DNA of 32,662 nucleotides from Peduovirus P22H1: sequence record NC_049386.1; one strand, 5' to 3'. Shown piece by piece: positions 29,026 to 32,662 of this stretch (position 1 is its first letter; each line of letters starts with the position of its first letter). The notes under the pieces were generated by a model. It saw only the letters and a program-made list of their open reading frames with translations, ran no database searches and was not told where the DNA came from. The position numbers and the translations under genes were made by a program.

Positions 29026-29261
29026 AAAACGTTAAAATTCAATGCAATGAAGGCATAGAGGAGGTCGCTTTAATATGTTTTATGTTTAATATTTATTAAT
29101 TGTTTATTTAATATAAAAAAATATTATATATAGGGAGATCAAATACAACGGTTTACTTGTTATGATGCAAACATTGGTTAGTTAGTGAGATACATCGCCA
29201 TCAATTGGGTAACTTTACCCGTGGAAAGTTAACGCTTTCTAACATTTACCCCGCGCAACGC

Positions 29262-29425
29262 CCCTGCCAGCGACAAGAGTCACAGGATCAGGCGGTATGG
29301 CGTATGGGTATTCGAACCCTTTGGGCGACCAAGGGTTCGTGGAGCAGGGGGCTAGTGCTGTTCAATCTCATCCTTATGAGGGCGAACCATAGTGTTGGAG
29401 CAGACATATCGTTTGCACACTATGG
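29262..29425 (+). ncRNA. Candidate structured non-coding RNA (possible retron msr-msd-like element); tentative
   Basis: GC-richer segment in an AT-rich intergenic region with nested inverted repeats: CCCCTGC (29261-29267) pairs with GCAGGGG (29344-29350); an 11-bp bulged stem at 29313-29339; a perfect 9-bp stem CCATAGTGT/ACACTATGG at 29387-29425. Confidence 0.35.
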
Positions 29426-29441
29426 GCATAAGGAGCAAATC

Positions 29442-29597
29442 ATGAAGAATGATAAATTAACCAACGAACAGCAGGCGCAGAACAAGTCAAACCTGAAAAA
29501 GTGGGCTGGTTATGTTTGGAAATTAATCAAATGGGGTATTAGACTGTTTGATTTAGCCACTCGAGCACTGGACTACTTTGAAGGGGGTGATGAGTAA
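29442..29597 (+). CDS. Small Trp-rich amphipathic peptide (51 aa), function unknown
   Basis: ATG at 29442 with Shine-Dalgarno AAGGAG six nt upstream; product contains WAGYVWKLIKWGIRLF; the longer track ORF from 29205 runs through the structured region and is probably not translated. Confidence 0.45.
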   Translation: MKNDKLTNEQQAQNKSNLKKWAGYVWKLIKWGIRLFDLATRALDYFEGGDE

Positions 29598-29621
29598 TGC
29601 GTCCTCCCTAGTTTCAATAGC

Positions 29622-29954
29622 ATGGAGTTGCCTATGTTACACAGAGCCCTTCGTTTAATAAGGCAATACCATAAAGAGTCATTGGTTGATTTATCAACAT
29701 CTTTAGGTATTCCAAAAGAAAAAATAGTAGAACTCGAAAGTGGGGTTTGGTCGCCTACAATTGATGTTTTACAGCGTTACGCCTCCCATTTCGATATGCC
29801 GGTATCTTCTTTAGTATTTTTTTCAGAATCGTTAGGTACGCAGGGGCGTTTATCTAAGCGTTTCCGTTTAAATTTAGCTGGTAAAGTATTAGATGTTATT
29901 GAGTGGGCGAATAAGAAAAATGAAAAGACGAATAAAACTCAAAATTTCCACTAA
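29622..29954 (+). CDS. XRE-family helix-turn-helix DNA-binding protein
   Basis: 110 aa; HTH pattern LRLIRQYHKESLVDLSTSLGIPKEKIVELESGVWSPTIDVLQRYASHF; directly upstream of and overlapping the RT ORF. Confidence 0.55.
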   Translation: MELPMLHRALRLIRQYHKESLVDLSTSLGIPKEKIVELESGVWSPTIDVLQRYASHFDMPVSSLVFFSESLGTQGRLSKRFRLNLAGKVLDVIEWANKKNEKTNKTQNFH

Positions 29955-30870
29955 AAATAAATCTTACGATATAATTGATTCGCCGTTTTATAAAATGAGA
30001 AGTAAAAGGAAATTGGCTTCTTTATTGGGGGTTGATGTAGGGGATTTATCAACCTTAAAAAAAGATGAAGGCAATTATTCTATTTTTGAACAGTTATCTA
30101 AAAACGGAAAGCCACGTAAGATACAAAAACCATTAGAAAAATTAGATGTGGTGCATACTCGTATTGCAAGTCTGCTATCGCGAATTACCTTGCCAGATTA
30201 TCTACATTCTGGAAAGAAGGGATGTTCTAATGTTACTAATGCTAAAATCCACCTTAATAATGAAAGGTTGATGACAACCGACATCAGGGCTTTTTTTCCA
30301 TCAACTACTAGAGAAATGATATTTTCATTCTTTTTTTCTGTTATGAAGATGTCATCTGATGTTGCGGATGTATTATCGTATATATGTACTTGCTATGGGC
30401 GTTTGCCTACAGGTAGCAGGATTAGTATGCCTCTTGCATATTTTGCAAATTCAAGAATGTTCGGAGAAATACACCAACTTTGTAATAAACTACACGTAAA
30501 TATGTCTGTTTATGTTGATGATCTAACTTTTTCAGGACAAAACGTTAATAGACTATTTTGTTCAGTGATTCGCAAAATAATAAATAAGCATGGTCATGTG
30601 ATGCATGCGGATAAAACAAAAATTTATAGTAGAGAAAAGCCTAAGTTGGTAACAGGTGTTATTGTTTTGGGCGGTTCTTTAAAAGTCAGGAATAAGCAGC
30701 ATCTTTTAATGTCTCAAGAAATTGAATATTGGAAAATGATAAAGGATGCAGCGTGTGCAAGAGAAACTCATACTGCCAAAAAGTTATTTGGACGATTGCA
30801 TTCTATGGGGGTAATTGAACAACGTTATAGATCAAAGGTGCTTACATTAAAAGCAAGTACTGCACTTTAA
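29893..30870 (+). CDS. Reverse transcriptase, retron-type
   Basis: RT motifs read directly in the translation: RKIQKP, NAKIH (NAxxH), DIRAFFPST, LPTGSRISMPLAYFAN, YVDDLTFSG (YxDD), KLVTGVIV (VTG); about 300 aa with no long C-terminal extension; alternative starts at 29920 and 29995. Confidence 0.8.
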   Translation: MLLSGRIRKMKRRIKLKISTKNKSYDIIDSPFYKMRSKRKLASLLGVDVGDLSTLKKDEGNYSIFEQLSKNGKPRKIQKPLEKLDVVHTRIASLLSRITLPDYLHSGKKGCSNVTNAKIHLNNERLMTTDIRAFFPSTTREMIFSFFFSVMKMSSDVADVLSYICTCYGRLPTGSRISMPLAYFANSRMFGEIHQLCNKLHVNMSVYVDDLTFSGQNVNRLFCSVIRKIINKHGHVMHADKTKIYSREKPKLVTGVIVLGGSLKVRNKQHLLMSQEIEYWKMIKDAACARETHTAKKLFGRLHSMGVIEQRYRSKVLTLKASTAL

Positions 30871-30978
30871 TACAGGTTCCTGTAAGTGATTATATTGTTC
30901 TTAAGATACTTACTGATGTTATTTCCCCGTAGCCTTAATTTCTGCGGGGAAGTATGGAGATATTTTGGTTATGGAATG

Positions 30979-32343
30979 CTAATTTTTTAATGTGTATTTT
31001 TCTGTGATTAGTTTCATTGTTCTTTCCAATCCTAAATATACAGTGGCATCAGTAATATTGAGCACGGCAAGTTCTTTTAAAATTTTCTTTTTGTCTCTGA
31101 TGTTTATTTTTTCTGTCTTAAAGTTGTATGGTGAATTATCTGCCTGATCGTTGGATATCTCAGGAAAAACGGCGTTATTACCGAATAATAAAAAGGCACC
31201 GGATTGAGATGATATTCTTTCATTATTTATCCTGCTTTTTACAAAAATTATCTTTTCCAAATCATCTGGATTTATTATGCTTTGAAAATATGGTTTTTCA
31301 TGCTTTATGGATTCTAAGAGTTTAAGGCAAGCATGAGAGTTGTTAAAATCATTATTTCTTTCTTCGAAAGAAAGCTTGTCTTTCATGTCTTTTGATAGCA
31401 TGCATAAATTAGATATGCAACTGACAGTGTCGGAATCGAAAAATTTAATGTTCTCTCTGTGTGTTTTAAATATTATTACTTGACCATCGATATCGTTTTT
31501 GTCGGAATTTATACTACTGCATGCAAAATAAAGTGCAATTAATGGATTTGATGTGATGTCAAGTAAGCGAGTAGGTATGCCATAATGTTGCATTCTTACA
31601 AGTTTATCAAGCATTGATGTATCATCAATGAATTCTGAGGGTCTTGCGCTCAATGCTTCTTTAACAAGGTTGATTTCATTATGTAGAAATTTATAGTTCC
31701 CATTTTCATATTTTCTGAAAAGAGATGGTGCAAGTTCATAAGATGAATCTGAATGACCCCTGTAAAAAATCTCCTCATCCATATCTGCTGTTATATGGAG
31801 AACTTTTTCAATAAATTCTTGTAAACTATTTACGGTTAATAATGTGCTATCTTCGTCTGGGAGAGGCGCTGGACTGCTATCCACTTGTGCATTTTGGTTA
31901 ATACCAAATGTCTTAAGGATATCATCTATATTTTTGTCTTTTATGGCCCAGTGTGTTCTTTTAAGGCCATAAGTTCCGAGTTCTAAACTGCTTTCAACAC
32001 TTTTGGCGTCTGATATTTTGATTTCATTGTGTGTATGGGTGATTGCAAATTGGAAGTTGATTTCTTTTCCCTTAATGTGAATATTTGAAATTCTTCCAAT
32101 TCGTATGTCGACATAATAAGGTTTTGCTCCCTCTATTTGATAAGCTTCACTCATGAATATTGTTGGGAGTTTTTCAAGATAAGATAGTACATTGCTGCTT
32201 AATGGGGATAGTTTTTTGCGAATACCATCGGAGGTGTTTTCAAACATTCGTGATAAAAGAAATGAGAATTCTCCATTATTTTGGCTGAATGGTTTCCAGT
32301 GGTCGTAGTGGTCGGGAAAACCACCCATAATTAAATTAATCAT
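30979..32343 (-). CDS. FRG-domain-like protein, function unknown (candidate defence protein)
   Basis: 454-aa AT-rich ORF convergent with the RT; central region carries FYRGHSDSSYELAPSLFR and QHYGIPTRLLDITSNPLIALYFA, which I recall as FRG-domain signatures; flanking domains unrecognised. Confidence 0.65.
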   Translation of the reverse strand: MINLIMGGFPDHYDHWKPFSQNNGEFSFLLSRMFENTSDGIRKKLSPLSSNVLSYLEKLPTIFMSEAYQIEGAKPYYVDIRIGRISNIHIKGKEINFQFAITHTHNEIKISDAKSVESSLELGTYGLKRTHWAIKDKNIDDILKTFGINQNAQVDSSPAPLPDEDSTLLTVNSLQEFIEKVLHITADMDEEIFYRGHSDSSYELAPSLFRKYENGNYKFLHNEINLVKEALSARPSEFIDDTSMLDKLVRMQHYGIPTRLLDITSNPLIALYFACSSINSDKNDIDGQVIIFKTHRENIKFFDSDTVSCISNLCMLSKDMKDKLSFEERNNDFNNSHACLKLLESIKHEKPYFQSIINPDDLEKIIFVKSRINNERISSQSGAFLLFGNNAVFPEISNDQADNSPYNFKTEKINIRDKKKILKELAVLNITDATVYLGLERTMKLITEKYTLKN

Positions 32344-32640
32344 AATTACCTGTTCATCTGATGTAGGTGTAGGAATGCTTGTTGTTTGTTATGGTAATGT
32401 TAACGCTTGTTGGTGGCAACTACTATTACTACTTGCTGTTAGAGCTAAGACATTTTTTGATTGCTTGTAATGATAGCGAGCCTTTAACTAACTGGGATTT
32501 TGAAAAAATAAATGAATTGTCAATTTCCTGAGATTTTTATTACTGCATTCATTAAGTGCATTTTTTTGCGTGTGTTAGTTGCCATGCTTTTCCATGTTTG
32601 TTACCAGTGTTGATGCGGTTACTGTGTTTTAATGCAATTG

Positions 32641-32662
32641 CTGTCTCTTATACACATCTGAC
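32641..32662. other. Illumina Nextera adapter remnant (reverse complement) at the contig end
   Basis: CTGTCTCTTATACACATCTGAC is the reverse complement of the Tn5 mosaic end plus adapter bases. Confidence 0.9.

Larger units (their letters stand above)
32..32640. mobile_element. P2-like temperate phage genome (Peduovirus-like), virion/cos orientation, apparently complete
   Basis: Full P2 gene order with matching protein lengths, cos fragment at the left end, one attP core between ogr and int, no host flanking sequence. Confidence 0.9.

Noticed and set aside
29306-29320. tRNA-like T-loop motif (GGGTTCGAATACCC on the minus strand) suggesting a tRNA gene or tRNA fragment
   Set aside because: The surrounding sequence cannot form a 5-bp T-stem with a 7-nt loop plus acceptor stem, and no anticodon or D-arm is evident; more likely part of the structured RNA hairpins.
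29205-29597. 130-aa ORF from the six-frame track
   Set aside because: Its 5' two-thirds run through the hairpin-rich GC island without an RBS; only the 3' 51 codons from the ATG at 29442, which has a strong Shine-Dalgarno, look translatable.
1-32662. CRISPR arrays, rRNA or tRNA genes, insertion sequences
   Set aside because: No regularly spaced direct repeats, no rRNA-like segments, no convincing tRNA cloverleaf and no transposase-like ORFs were seen.

Overview
This window is an essentially complete genome of a P2-like (Peduovirus-type) temperate enterobacterial phage, laid out cos-to-cos as in the virion rather than as an integrated prophage. The gene order matches P2 throughout: Q and P on the minus strand, then O-N-M-L-X-Y-K-lysA-lysB(lysC)-R-S-V-W-J-I-H-G, a variable Z/fun slot, FI-FII-E(E')-T-U-D-ogr, a single attP core, int and C on the minus strand, cox-orf78-B-orf80..83-A, and a final AT-rich accessory island that runs to the right genome end. 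Product names rest on my recognition of P2 proteins, exact or near-exact length matches and synteny; no database search was run. Illumina Nextera (Tn5 mosaic-end) adapter sequence sits at both contig ends and once inside the terminase gene. Two accessory slots carry non-P2 cargo. The Z/fun slot (15211-16354) holds a 197-aa membrane-anchored ORF of unknown function. The tin/old slot (29026-32640) holds a structured GC-rich RNA candidate, a 51-aa Trp-rich peptide, an XRE-type HTH protein and a retron-type reverse transcriptase, convergent with a 454-aa FRG-domain-like protein. That second island is the most likely site of an undescribed anti-phage system.
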